A stretch of DNA of 64,000 bases, taken from assembly GCF_018350175.1 (NCBI RefSeq), contig NC_058374.1, forward strand, positions 136,586,001 through 136,650,000, read 5' to 3'. The notes beneath the pieces are model-generated. The model made no database searches and was not told the DNA's origin. It saw only the letters and a program-made list of their open reading frames with translations. Shown here piece after piece: positions 1 to 12,094 of the stretch. The position numbers and the translations under genes were made by a program. Within the stretch, counting starts at the first letter, position 1. Each line of letters starts with the position of its first letter. Origin of the DNA: Felis catus. Lineage: Eukaryota.

Positions 1-3000
1 AGATGCCCATCAGATGAACCCAGGCAGAAAGGTCAGAGAGGCACCTGGAGATTCGATCTGGAGCTCAGGAGGGAAGTCAGAACGGGGCTATCGCTCTGGT
101 TATGCATGATGCGTAGAGATGCGGGGACGTGGAGTCAGAGGCTCACCTGGGAGGGAGCAGATGCGGGGAAGAGGACTGAGTAGGAGCCCCCAGCGTGAAG
201 TGACCTAAACGTCCCAGATTTCCAGGGGCCCCGCCGGCCCCCCCCCACTCCATTTCTGTCCCCGGAATCTCAGAAGCAGCCAATCCACAGGGAGGGGCTG
301 CATGGCTCCATGTGGGCTGGTGAACCCGGTTTCGCCCTCTGCCCACCCAGCCCCGAACTCCTCCTCCGGCCCCAGGGTCATGGAGGAGCCTCTCTTGTCA
401 ATTTATGTCTCCACCTTGAAACCTTTTTTTGGAGTTTTCACGTCTAGTTTTAGTTGCTTCCCAAGAAGCACCATCTTTGCAATCAACAATTCTAATTTAA
501 AAGTCATCAGAAATATTGGTTTGAAACTGGTGGACAGTAAAAGGAAAACTCACGTGCCTAACGCGCCTCCCAAGGTTTGAAAGGAAAGCAGTAACGACAC
601 TCACATAATCGGCTGGTGGGAATATAAATTGATATCATCTTTCCGAAGGGCAAGTTGACAACCTTTTCTGCATCCGTTTAGAATATACAACAGTCACAAG
701 AGACTGTCATTCTCACCCTAACAATGAGAACAAGTGGGATGCTCAGTTTTAAGCCCATCAGAGAACTGAGGGACGCCAACAACCTAAATTCCGGAAAGGG
801 CAAGCCACTCCTCAGAGGGGACGGACCCGGGACCCTTTTACCCTTGCAGGAGCAGGGGAAGCAGAGCACATTCATTCTCGACCGGGGTGAGGGAAAAAGA
901 ACCAACTATTCAGCGGCCGTCCGGGGACAGGTGTGATGGGCTGAGGCCGTGGGGCCTCAGCCACAGGGCAAGTCCGCGCCCGGCCTCCTGGGCCTTCCCG
1001 CGGGGGTGGAAGTGGCACCCCACTGCTGGGGACGAGGTACGGGGCTGTGACGGGGCCCGGGTGGGCAGGCTCTTCCCTGAGTGTAAGGCACCTGCTCACC
1101 AGAGGCTGAGGACAGAGCGCGAAAGCAGAGGCGAGTCCCTAAGGCTGAGCCCACCTCAGAGTGCAGAGTGGAGGCAGGCAGGCAGGGCAGAGACAAGCCT
1201 CCTCAGGAGCAGAAAACTAGGAGCTGGGCTGGAGGACAGAGAACCCCCACCCCAGAGACCCTCCGAAACCGGCAGGGGGCGCCGTAAAGCAGAGGGCCAA
1301 CCCGGCACCCGGACGGGGCAGCGCTCGGATGTCCAGATCAAAGCATCTGAAAACCAGGGGCAGCTGCAACCGAATCCAGACGAGAGCTCAGTTTGGAGAT
1401 GAAATGGAGACAGCCCATCTCACTTGAAGCCTGAGAGAAGAGGCGTTCAACAGCGTCTTCTGCTTCCTCCGCGCTCCACACAAATGTGTGCCGTTAAATC
1501 TTTTTAAAACTGCGAGACAAGTGAAATGAGAAAAGGTGACCTAACCCAGAGCGAAACCAGAGGAGCCACAGAGAGAACAGATGGAGAAGTGATCAGGTGT
1601 GCAAAGCAGGAACGGCGAACACGTTCAAGAGATGACAGGCAAACCCAACAACACGCTGAATATACAGGGGATTTCGGCGGGGAAAAGGAAAACTGTTCTC
1701 GACAGCACACCGCAAAGCTGGAAATTAAAAGTATAAGATCAGAAGTAAAAAGAAAAAACTCATTTGATCTGCTTAACCGCAGACTGCACACGATAGAAGA
1801 AAAGCCTCATGAATATAAAGTCAGGTCAAGAGCAATCCTTCAGATTGGAACATAAAGCAAAAAACCGTTTTAAAAGGAAACAGGGGTCCCAGGCCTGTGG
1901 TTTTCCCCATGAACAGCGCTCATTTAATATGAATTATGCAAGTACATCACCTCCATGTGCACCACCAGGCAGGAGACAGAGGGCAGCCAAACACTTCATG
2001 GTCCCCACCTTCGGGGAGGCAAAAGGTGCCAGGAGACTTTTACTTTAAACAAGAAAAAGGAATTCAGTACTGAGAATCACCACCAGTAAAAACGGAAGGC
2101 AAGTGGCCAAAGGGAAAAGCAGGCACTGACGGCACGTCAGGCAGGTGAAGGACCAGGACCTTCCATACAAAGAGAGCGCCCACGAGTCACCCGAAGACCA
2201 GCCCACAGCAGGGGAACGGGCAAAGGATATCAACAGGCGGCTCACAAAAGAGGGACAGAAAGCTGGCAAACTGGACAATCAAAGTTCACCTCCCCGTTCA
2301 GGAAAGGCAAGTGGACACAACAGAATCCTGCTTGTGCGTGAGGCGACGTAAGAGGCGAAGTTCTGGGTTAGGATACTTCGAGGTCCACACTTTCAAGTGT
2401 TCCTTGCGGGGATGTCCAGGCACACACTTCCGAAGGCCGATGTGGCAGAGCGCAAGAGGCTCGGCGGGAACACCCCTCGATCCACGCTGCTCTGCAGGAT
2501 CAGAAAGGTCAGCTAAGACGTGTCCAGAGGGCACCGGACACGCGGGGCTGCTGAACGGTGTCGGCAGCTGCTGGCCGACCCCCATCTATTCTCCCCTTTT
2601 CCCTCGGAAACAGAAATGCTCAAATTTTGGCAGACATTCGGCCACCTAGAGATCTGTATTTCCAGACTCCCGGGTAGATGCCTGTGACCCTGCGAATCAC
2701 TGGGAGGAAGCACAGTGTCCAGTCCGACTTGACAGGAATGCCTTTCCCCCCCTCACAAGGCAGAATTCAGGGCATCCGTGCCTTTGTCCCCTCTGAGGCC
2801 TCCTGGCACCTCGGGCTGTGTGCTCGCTATGCTTTCCGCACACGCACTTCCGTTCTGGTAGCGTTTGCCTCAAGCCACCAAAATTCTTTACTCCCCCCGC
2901 CGCCCCGGACTGTGAGTGCCATCAGGGCAGGACCTCTGCTGGGCCCACCTCTTTATCCTCAGTACCTATGACAGTTCTTGTCACATGTCAGGGCTTAGGA

Positions 3001-3079
3001 AATGTTCAGGAAAGAAGGGAGGGGAGGGAGAGGGGGGAGAGATGAAAAATATCTACTTTGGGGAAATGATTACGTTGAA

Positions 3080-3975
3080 TTTTACTGCTTTAACACTGAG
3101 AGATGCAAACGAGTTTAAAACTTACATCCACACAAAAACCTGCACGGAAACGTTTACAGCAGCTTTATTCATGAGTGCCAAGATGTCTTTCAGTAGTGAA
3201 CAGATAAGCTAACCGTGGTACATCCATGTAAGAGCATATTTTTCAGAGGTTAAAAACTGGGCTACTGCCTCGTCAAAAGACAGGAAGGAGCTTAAGTGCG
3301 TACTGCTAAAGGAAAGAAGCCCGTCTCAAAAGGCTCTATACGATACGATCCCAACTTGATGACATTCTGAGAAGGCAAAACTATGGAGACAGTAAGAAGA
3401 CCAGTGGTTGCCCCGATTAGGGGCGGGGAGGGATGAATGCGTGGACCACAGGGGATTTTGTGGCGCAGTGAAATGATTCCATGTGATATCGTCATCCTGG
3501 ACACGTGCCATTGTATGTTTATTAAAACCCAGAGGATGCACAACACAAAGAACAACTCGACTGTAAACTGCAGACTTTGGTCACTAACAACATATCAATA
3601 ACGGCACATCAATCGTAGCAAATGCACCTCACTAATGCAAGATGTCAATAGTAGGGAATGGGGGGGGGGGGGCGCCTGGGTGGCTCAGTCGGTTAAGCAT
3701 CTGACTTCGGCTCAGGTCATGATCTCACGGTCCGTGAGTTCGAGCCCCGCGTCGGGCTCTGTGCTGACAGCTCAGAGCCTGGAGCCTGTTTCAGATTCTG
3801 TGTCTCCTTCTCTCTCTGCCCCTCCCCTGTTCATGCTCTGTCTCTCTCTGTCTCAAAAATAAATAAACGTTAAAATTTAAAAAAAAAAGAGTAGGGAATG
3901 GGGATGTATGGAACTCTCTGGACTTCAGCTACATTTCTCTGTAACCCTAAAACTACTAAAATAAAGAGTCCCTAA
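3080..3975 (+). mobile_element. L1MB-type 3' end, interrupted by a SINE
   Basis: cacacaaaaacctgcac...gcagctttattca...gaactctctggacttc...aaaataaag typical of L1MB 3' UTR. Confidence 0.7.
3669..3888 (+). mobile_element. CAN-SINE (SINEC_Fc)
   Basis: ggggcgcctgggtggctcagtcggttaag head, CT tract, A tail; TSD agtagggaatgg. Confidence 0.95.
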
Positions 3976-4009
3976 TGAAGAAAAACTAAGTAAGGAGATA
4001 TACTAGGGA

Positions 4010-4240
4010 ACACGGTAATTTTGGAATCACACTGTCTGGGTTCAAATCTTGATCCTGCCACTTTAAAACTATATAACTTCTGGGCAAGTGGTTTGATCGA
4101 GCTGTGTCTCCGTTTCCCCATAAAGAATATAAGGACAGTAAGAGAGTCTACTTCATAGCTCTGTTGCATGTGGTTAAAGGATATGTGAAGCTTTTGTACA
4201 GAATCTGGTACATACTAAACACACTTAAGTAATATCTACC
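4010..4240 (+). mobile_element. MIR next to the EFCAB6 exon donor
   Basis: ctgggttcaaatcttgatcctgccactt...gggcaagt...ctccgtttcccc MIR core. Confidence 0.7.
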
Positions 4241-4269
4241 GTTAGCATTATTTCTTCATGAATACTCAC

Positions 4270-4408
4270 TTGAAGAAGGTCTAAACACACGTTGGGAACC
4301 ATTCCTTGAATACACTCTACACGGTGAAGAGTGAGGTCTTAAATTCATGAACTTGTGTGTGGGAGGATACGAAATATGCCAGTCCTGTATAACCGCCATT
4401 TTGCACAT
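4270..4408 (-). CDS. EFCAB6: EF-hand calcium-binding domain protein 6, first coding exon (exon spans 4270-4415; 139 coding nt)
   Basis: MCKMAVIQDWHISYPPTHKFMNLRPHSSPCRVYSRNGSQRVFRPSS matches the EFCAB6 N-terminus (MCKMA...RPHSSPCRVYSRNGS, from memory); acceptor ttttatgtcacag|GGATTTAATG, donor TCAA|gtgagt; syntenic downstream of SULT4A1. Confidence 0.92.
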
Positions 4409-5656
4409 TAAATCCCTGTGACATAAAAGAAAGCAGAGTACGTTACTTTTGAGCACACATTACAAATGTGGCCAACCTCCTCCCTATTCCTCTTCCAAAA
4501 GGACAGCTGGAGACTCTAACAATGCTAGTCGTGACCTTCTTGCCAATGTTTCAAAAACTCTTCTTAAAATGAACACAAGGTCATGATTTTAGACTCATTG
4601 TTTTTAGTGGATCCAATAGTTTTCAAAAATGGGGAAATAAGGAAGTTCTTGGGTAGGAAGATCCATCCGCATCTTGACTACCACTGGCTCATTCCTTTGG
4701 TGGGAGTAAGGATGGAAAGTTTGGATTCCCTATGCTCGCCTCAAGTGCCTCACTGCATACCCATCCCAGAGGCAGAGCAGACGGCAAGAGCACCAACAAT
4801 GGTTCAGTAAGAACCTCTGAAAATCCTCTCCTCCATGAAGACAATAAGAAAACTGGCAAAACTCGTCAGAACCAACTTTTTCAGAACTCTGGAAATTAAC
4901 CAAAGGTTTGCAGAAATCTAGGGAGCCCTCATTCATAAACAATGGCAGAATCTCAGTATGGACACCAGGTTTTGTGGCACTTCAACTTCCCCTGCTCCCG
5001 TCCACCCTGCCCCCAAATAGGCAGTAGCCTTGAAACCAACAGCCTGCAATTTCAGTGAAAATCCAGCAGTCTGCCAATCGCTGGAAAGGGGAGAATGGGG
5101 TTGGTGCTCCTTCAAGCACCATTACAAGAAACTGTCAAAAAGCATTTGTTGAAAAAGATCAGAGGCAACTGTTGTCTAGGCTTCTAGCTGCCTAAAGGAT
5201 CAGATAACAGATGGAGCAAATAATAGACTAACAAAAAAACCTTAAAGGGAAATCTAGGGAATGAGATGTCCATAGGGAAGCTCCCACATATTCTTGGGAG
5301 TCTAGAAAGCCACTCACACATATAGAGCTGTGAACAAGCCCAGGGCTGTGTGCTTGTTCAGGAAAGAATGGAGCAGGCCCTAAACTCTTACCTTGGGGCT
5401 GACCTTGGGGCTCTGCACAAGCAGGAAATGAAGCCTAAGGTAGGTCTCTAAACTGCCCATCAGAGTATTAAAGGAACACTCAAATACACACAAAGAGCCC
5501 CTCAGCAAAGACTGGAAGACTATTATTTGCAGGCATTTAAGGAAATCTCTGTCCAATCATGAGCTGATCACTAAACTAACCAATCAGACACTTCAATGGT
5601 CATATGTGACAAAAAATACAGACTTTACAAAGTCAGTTTAGAAAAGTCACTATACA

Positions 5657-5830
5657 GGGGCTCCTGGGTGGCTCAGTGGGTTGCTGTTGATTTCAGCTAG
5701 GTCTTGATCTCCTGGCTTGAGTTCAAGCTCTGCACTGGGCTCTGTGCTGAGTGTGAAGCTTACAAGAGGAGAGGAGAGGAGAGGAGAGGAGAGGAGAGGA
5801 GAGGAGAGGAGAGGAGAGGAGAGGAGAGGA
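5657..5830 (+). mobile_element. Truncated CAN-SINE ending in (GAGGA)13
   Basis: SINE head to 5763, then a pentamer array; TSD agtcacta(t/a)aca at 5645-5656 and 5830-5841. Confidence 0.8.
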
Positions 5831-5911
5831 GTCACTAAACAAAAACAAAAATTTGACAAGTGGAAAGAATGTTTTCAAAAATTGCCACATTATTTAAAAT
5901 GTCTAGTTTTC

Positions 5912-6141
5912 GGGGCGCCTGGGTGGCGCAGTCGGTTAAGCGTCCGACTTCAGCCAGGTCACGATCTCACGGTCCATGAGTTCGAGCCCCGCGTCAGGCT
6001 CTGGGCTGATGGCTCAGAGCCTGGAGCCTGTTTCCGATTCTGTGTCTCCCTCTCTCTCTCTGCCCCACCCCCATTCATGCTCTGTCTCTCTCTGTCCCAA
6101 AAATAAATAAACGTTGAAAAAAAAATTAAAAAAAAATAAAA
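5912..6141 (+). mobile_element. Young felid SINEC_Fc
   Basis: gtggcgcagtcggttaagcgtccgacttcagccaggtcacg; 17-bp TSD taaaatgtctagttttc at 5895-5911 and 6142-6158. Confidence 0.97.
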
Positions 6142-6179
6142 TAAAATGTCTAGTTTTCAATAAAAAAATTATGAAACAT

Positions 6180-6224
<45 letters not shown>

Positions 6225-6230
6225 AGAAAG
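6180..6230 (+). repeat. (GAAA)n tetranucleotide microsatellite
   Basis: About 11-12 units read directly. Confidence 0.95.
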
Positions 6231-7494
6231 ACTCATATATACATACATACCTTTAGAAACCATGTAAGCTAGGAAACAGGTGAAACATTTAGTGTAGAAA
6301 GGGAAAAAAACCTACCAACCTAGAATTCTGTATCCAGAAAAATTATCCTTCAAAAGTTAAAGGCAAATAATACTTTCTTACACAAACAAAAACTGAGGAT
6401 AAGTCACCAGCAAGCCTGCTTTTAAAGAAAAAGGTTAAATTCTTCAGAAAGAAGGAAGAATTATACAAGTCAGAAACTTAAAGTTACATAAAAAAGAGGA
6501 GCATTAGAAAAAGCATAAATTAAGGTAACATAAACACATATGCACCCAATAATAGAGCCCCAATATACATGAAGCAAAAACTGATAAAACCGAAAGGAGA
6601 AACTGACATCTGAACAATAATAGCTGAAAACTTCAATGGCCACTTTTAATAGTGGATAGAACAATTGTACAAATCAATAATAGAGGACTTGAACAACACT
6701 ATAAACCAATTAGACCTAACGGGCATGAAAAGAACACTCCACCCAACAATGGTAGAATATACACTCTTCTCAAGTGCACATGGAACATTATTCAATCATA
6801 TGTTAGCACATAAAACAAGTCTTAAAAATTTTTAAATATATGAATAATCAAAGGATGTTCTCTAACTATACTGGAATGAAATTAGAAATCCATAACAGAA
6901 AGAAATTGAGTAATTCACAGATATGTCAAAACTAAATAACACACTCTTAAATAACCCCAACGGACCAAACGGAAAAAAAAAAAAAAACCACAAGTGAAAT
7001 TAGCAAATACTTTTGGATGGATGAAAATGAAGGCACACGTGCCAAAAATTATGGGATGTAGTGCTTAAGAGGGGAATTGACAGCTGTAAATGCCTGCATT
7101 ATTTTTTAAAAGAAGAAAACCTCAAATCAATAACTTAATCTTGTTCTTTAAGAAACTAGAAAAATAAGAGTAAACTAAGCCCAAATAAACAGAATAAAGG
7201 AAATAATAAAGATTAGAGCAGAAATAAATGAAATTGAAAAGAGAGAACAAACAGAGTTAGTTCTTTGAAAAGATTAGCAAAATTGACACATTTCTGGCTA
7301 GATTTTCTAAGAAAAAATGATAAGGATAAAAACAAAAAGGATAAGGGAATGCTAGAACAATTGTATACTAATGAATTAGCTAATCTACACAAAATAGAAA
7401 GACACAAGCTACTGAAACTGACTGAAGAAGAAATAGAAAATCTGAATAGACCTATACCAAATAAAGAAATTAAATGAGAAATCAAAAACTTCCT

Positions 7495-7496
<2 letters not shown>

Positions 7497-7536
<40 letters not shown>
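7497..7536 (+). repeat. A40 homopolymer inside old L1 ORF2
   Basis: 40 consecutive A. Confidence 0.9.
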
Positions 7537-7537
<1 letters not shown>

Positions 7538-8719
7538 CCCAGGACCAAATGGGTTCACTGGTATGTTCTAGCAAACATTTAAAGAATAATTAAAACCAAT
7601 TAATCCCTCACAAACTCTTCCAAAACAAACAAACAGAAAAAAAAAAAAAACAGATAAGAGGGAACACTTCCCAACACAATTCTGTGAGGCTAGCATTACC
7701 AAATCCAGATAGAGGCATAATTAAAGAAAGCTAAAGACCAATATTCCTTAGGAATATAGGAAAAATCTTCAACAAAATACTTGCAAACAAATCCAGTGAC
7801 ATTAAAAAAGAATTAGACGTCATGAACAGGTGAGATTATCCCAGGCACTCAAGGGTAATTGAACATATAGAAAGCAGTCACTGTAATACACCACATTAAT
7901 ACAATTTTAAAAAAATTATCACCTCAATAGATGCAGAAAAAGCATTTCACAAAATCTTATGACTTTTCTTGATAAACACACTCAACAAGCTAGGAATAGA
8001 AGGGAACTTCCTTGACCCAACAAAGGGCATGAGTAAAAAACCAACAGCTATCATAGTATAGAACAGTAAAAGAACAAAACTTGAAAGCCTTCCCCCTAAA
8101 ATCAGGAACAAGGCAAGGATGTCTGCTCTCACCACTTCTATTCAACATTGTACTGAAGGTCCTAGCCAGAACAATTAGGTAAAAAAAGGAAATAAAAGGC
8201 ATCCAGCTCTAGTGGCACAAGTAAGTTTTATAACATCACTTGTCTGAGGCTCCTAACTTAGCAAACCTTCAAAGGGAAGGGGAGGGAATAAGTTTTCTCT
8301 ATTAGACTTCACCTTTAAATGCAAGTGCACAATTATTTAATATTCAAAAATAGATACACGTGTGTGGCACTATTTGAGAATGAAGAACCAGACTAGACAA
8401 TATATCTAAAGCCCTAGATTTTAAGAATCTCAAGTTTACAGGATTGAAGAAATGAATCAGAATTTTTTTTAATGTTAAAGAAATACACACTGGCTGGTGC
8501 TCTGGTTTACCTCTCTTTGGGCAGCCCCTGACTTCCTAGCATGGTATTGGTCTAGACCTGCCTTATTTACACAGGTCCCTGTGAGCCGGGACAATACCAG
8601 GGCTTGAAGCCATGTGAGGCTGACAGCGGAGTCCCACATACATCTTTATTCAACTAGTTAAATTCAACTGAAACCTAGAATCATAGCATGGGTAAATTTA
8701 CAGAAGAACATGGCTTGGT

Positions 8720-10800
8720 ATGTGTTCACAGAGCCAAAATATATTTAATGAGATTCCTTCTAGAAGTCTGGGGTTCAATGAACAAAACAAAATCATGGAC
8801 ATCGTGGGCCTTATATTCTAGTTCTGGAAGACAAACAATAAATAAGTGAATGATACAAGTGGTTAAGTACTGTGAAGACAAATGGAGCGGGGGGGTGCGG
8901 GGGACTAGGTAACACTGATCTGACAGAAACCAGGAAGAGAACAATGCCATTGGGAGGACAAAGAGACAACAGGAGGTCAGACAGAGGAAAACCACATAGG
9001 CTTCTGTGATGGCTGGGCTCTCTCCATGAGTGATATGTGAAGCCACTTGAGGGTTATATACAGAGAAGAGAAATATGTACAGGGTTATGATCTAGCCTTT
9101 GCATTTAAAGGATCCCTCTGACTACATGTCAAGAACAGACTTACAGAGGCAAGGGAGGAAACGGGGATCAATTATAAGTCTACTGAAATAATGCATGCAA
9201 GAAAAGACAGTGGCTTGGACCAGGGTCGTTTTGGTAAAAGTGTTGAGAAATGGTCATATTCTAAATATGTTCTGAAGGCAAGGTCAATTGTATTATCTTA
9301 TAGATTTGATTTGGCATGCAAGACAAAGGCTGAAGGAAATGGCCATTAACTGAGATGGGAAAGGACAGCTTTTGAGGGGAAGATCAAAAGTTTCATTCTG
9401 CACATGTTGAGTTGGAGATACCTGTTCATTTTCCCAGGGGACATACTGAATAGGCAGTTGGATATTTGAGCTTGAATCTGGGGAAGAGTCTGGGACTGGA
9501 GATACAAGTGTGAGGACTGTCAGCATATAATGGAAATAAGGCATGATGTCAGATCAGCCCACCATGAAAGCAGGTGTAAAAAGAGAAAACATGTCAGAGC
9601 TGAGCTTTGGGGTATTCCAACATTCAGAGTTCAAGAAGATGAGGAGGAACCAGCAAAAGATGAAAAAGAGCTGCCAATGAGAAATGAGAAAAACCAGGAG
9701 ACTGAAGTGTCCTGGAAATTGAGTGAGGAACATATTTCAAGGAGGGAGTCATGGTACATGTCAAAAGCTACAGTGATCATCACTGAAGATAAGGACCAAA
9801 AATTGCCCTTCGGATCAAGCCATGCGACCAGTACCGGTCACCCCAAGAGGTACCATGCTGGTGGAACTGGGAAGTTAGAGGGGGAGCCTAAGCAAGGTAC
9901 ACATAAACTCAGAGTAAAAGAATCTCTGCTTTAAAGCAGAGCAACAGTGTGGTAACTGAAGGAGGCATGAAGGTCAAAGAAGAAATGTCTTTAAGACAGG
10001 AGAACTGTAGGGGCGCCTGGGTGGCGCAGTCGGTTAAGCGTCCGACTTCAGCCAGGTCACGATCTCGCGGTCCGTGAGTTTGAGCCCTGTGTCAGGCTCT
10101 GGGCTGATGGCTCAGAGCCTGGAGCCTGTTTCTGATTCTGTGTCTCCCTCTCTCTCTGCCCCTCCCCCATTCATGCTCTGTCTCTCTCTGTCCCCAAAAT
10201 AAATAAACGTTGAAAAAAAAATTAAAAAAAAAAAAGACAGGAGAACTGGAAGCAGCTATAAAGACTTCTGGTAGTGATCCAGTGGCAAGGCAAAAAATAA
10301 TGAAGCAGGACTGAAAGGAGGGGTCACCAGTTCCCATGGGTTCACCAGTGGAGGCAGGATCTCATCCCATGGATGAGCCTTCTTAGGAGCACACTCAGTT
10401 CATCACTTGTGACGAAGGAGAAGACAGTAGACACAGATGCGGTGAGGTGAGTGCATGTTGCTTCCCTCCAGCTCGTGTCTATGTCCTCTGTGAAATGGGA
10501 AACTGGGCCATCAGCATCAAGTGAGGATGGGATAGGCATCCAGGATTCAAAAGAGAGGACAAAAAGTAAAAAGTGGTCCAGAAGAGATGGCAAGGGGGCG
10601 TGAGGTGGGAGATGAAGAATGACGAGCAAGGAGTTGTAATAGCCCATCCAAGGTCCATGGACATGAACTCAAGAACAGACCCAGGGAAGTGGAGAGTTGG
10701 ATTTAATTGGGGGCAAGGTTTTGAAAAGCAAGTGCTATACAGCAAGGGGCATCATGTGCACATATTGTCCAGAAAGGGGCCCCAAGAATGATGGGAATTC
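8720..10800 (-). mobile_element. L2 element (reverse), interrupted by a SINE
   Basis: Purine-rich L2 signature (ggcttggaccagggt, tgttgagttggagatacctg, ctgagctttggggtattccaacatt). Confidence 0.6.
10010..10233 (+). mobile_element. Young felid SINEC_Fc
   Basis: Same diagnostic head; TSD aagacaggagaactg at 9993-10007 and 10234-10248. Confidence 0.97.
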
Positions 10801-11719
10801 TTGGTGTCTCTGAAATAATTGCACAAAACTGAGGAAGTGAAGAGACCAGAAACTCAAGTTCATGAAGAATTTTAAGAAGGAAAAAAAAGGTTTCAGAATA
10901 TGGCAGCACAGCACGGAGACCCTGAGCTTGTCTTGTCCCCAAAATGCAGCCAGATAAGCACCAAACCATTTTAAGCACCTAGGAAATTGATCTGAGGATT
11001 AACACAACAATCTGCATAACTTGAGCCACAGAACTTGGCAGGTACGCATTACAGAGAGGTGAACTGGAGGAGAGAAAAGCTGTGGAGGGTAGGGAGTTGT
11101 TTTGCAGAGAGGACAGAGAAAGGGAAAGGGAGAGAATGTGGCACATCAGGATTGTTCAAGAAAAGCACTCCCCATAAGTGGCTGGAGAGAAGAAGAGAGA
11201 AAGAGTGAAAACACTTGCAGGGGGCTGAGCAAATCTGTCCCCCAAAACCATTGGTATACAAAGAGAAAAATTTATTTTTTTTTGCTTTATTTTTTAAATG
11301 TTTTATTTTATTTCATTTCACTCTGTTATTATATAAATTTTTTAATTTTTTCTTTTCTTTTCCTTTTTTCTTTATTCTATCAAGCTTCTTTCAACAAGCT
11401 TGACCAAACACACCCACCTAGGATCTAGCTTCATTTCTTTGATTTTTTTGTTTTGTTTTTAATTTTTTAATTTTTATTTTAATTTTTTTCTTCCTCCAAA
11501 ATGACAAAGTGAAGGAATTCACCCAAAAACAAAGCAGAGGAAGAAATGACAGCAAGGGGCTTAATCAACACAGATATAAGCAAGATGTTTGAGCTAGAAT
11601 TGAGAACCATGATAATAAGAATACTAGCTGGGGTTGAAAAAAAAGCAGAGAGTCCCTTTCTGCGGAGATGAAAGAAATAAGATCTAGTCTAGATGAAATT
11701 AAAAATGCTATAACTGAAT

Positions 11720-12094
11720 TATGCTAAGTGAAATAAGTCAGTCAGAGAAGGACAGATATCATGTTTTCACTCATATGTGGATCTTGAGAAGCTTAACAGA
11801 AGACCATGGGGGAAGGGAAGGAGAAAAATAGTTACAAACAGAGATGGAGGGAGGCAAACCATAAGAGACTCTTAAATACAGAGAACAAACTGAGGGTGGA
11901 TTTGGGGCGGGGGGGTAGGGGAGAGGGGAAAATGGGTGATGGGCATTGAGGAGGGCACTTGTTGGGATGAGCACTGGATGCCGTATGTAAGCGATGAACC
12001 AAGGGAATCGACCCCAAAAACCAAGAGCACACTTTACACACTGTATGTTAGCCAGTTTGACAATAAATTATATTTAAAAAAAAAAAAGAAAAAA
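11720..12094 (+). mobile_element. 5'-truncated L1 3' end nested in ORF1 of the larger L1
   Basis: atgctaagtgaaataagtcagtcagagaag ... ctgtatgttagccagtttgacaataaa + A tail; ORF1 sequence aaaaatgctata is repeated on both sides as a degenerate TSD. Confidence 0.85.

Larger units (their letters stand above)
4740..8200 (+). mobile_element. Old L1M element (L1MD-like 5' end plus degenerate ORF1/ORF2), interrupted by SINEs and microsatellites
   Basis: Recognisable endonuclease/RT remnants (cacccaataatagagcccc, aagcccaggaccaaatggg, gcaaggatgtctgctctcacc); subfamily name tentative. Confidence 0.75.

Noticed and set aside
3635-3862. Recurrent short ORFs such as MISRSVSSSPASGSVLTAQSLEP
   Set aside because: Translations of CAN-SINE bodies, not genes.
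5912-6000. tRNA-like A/B boxes at SINE heads
   Set aside because: tRNA-derived SINE promoters with no cloverleaf; not tRNA genes.
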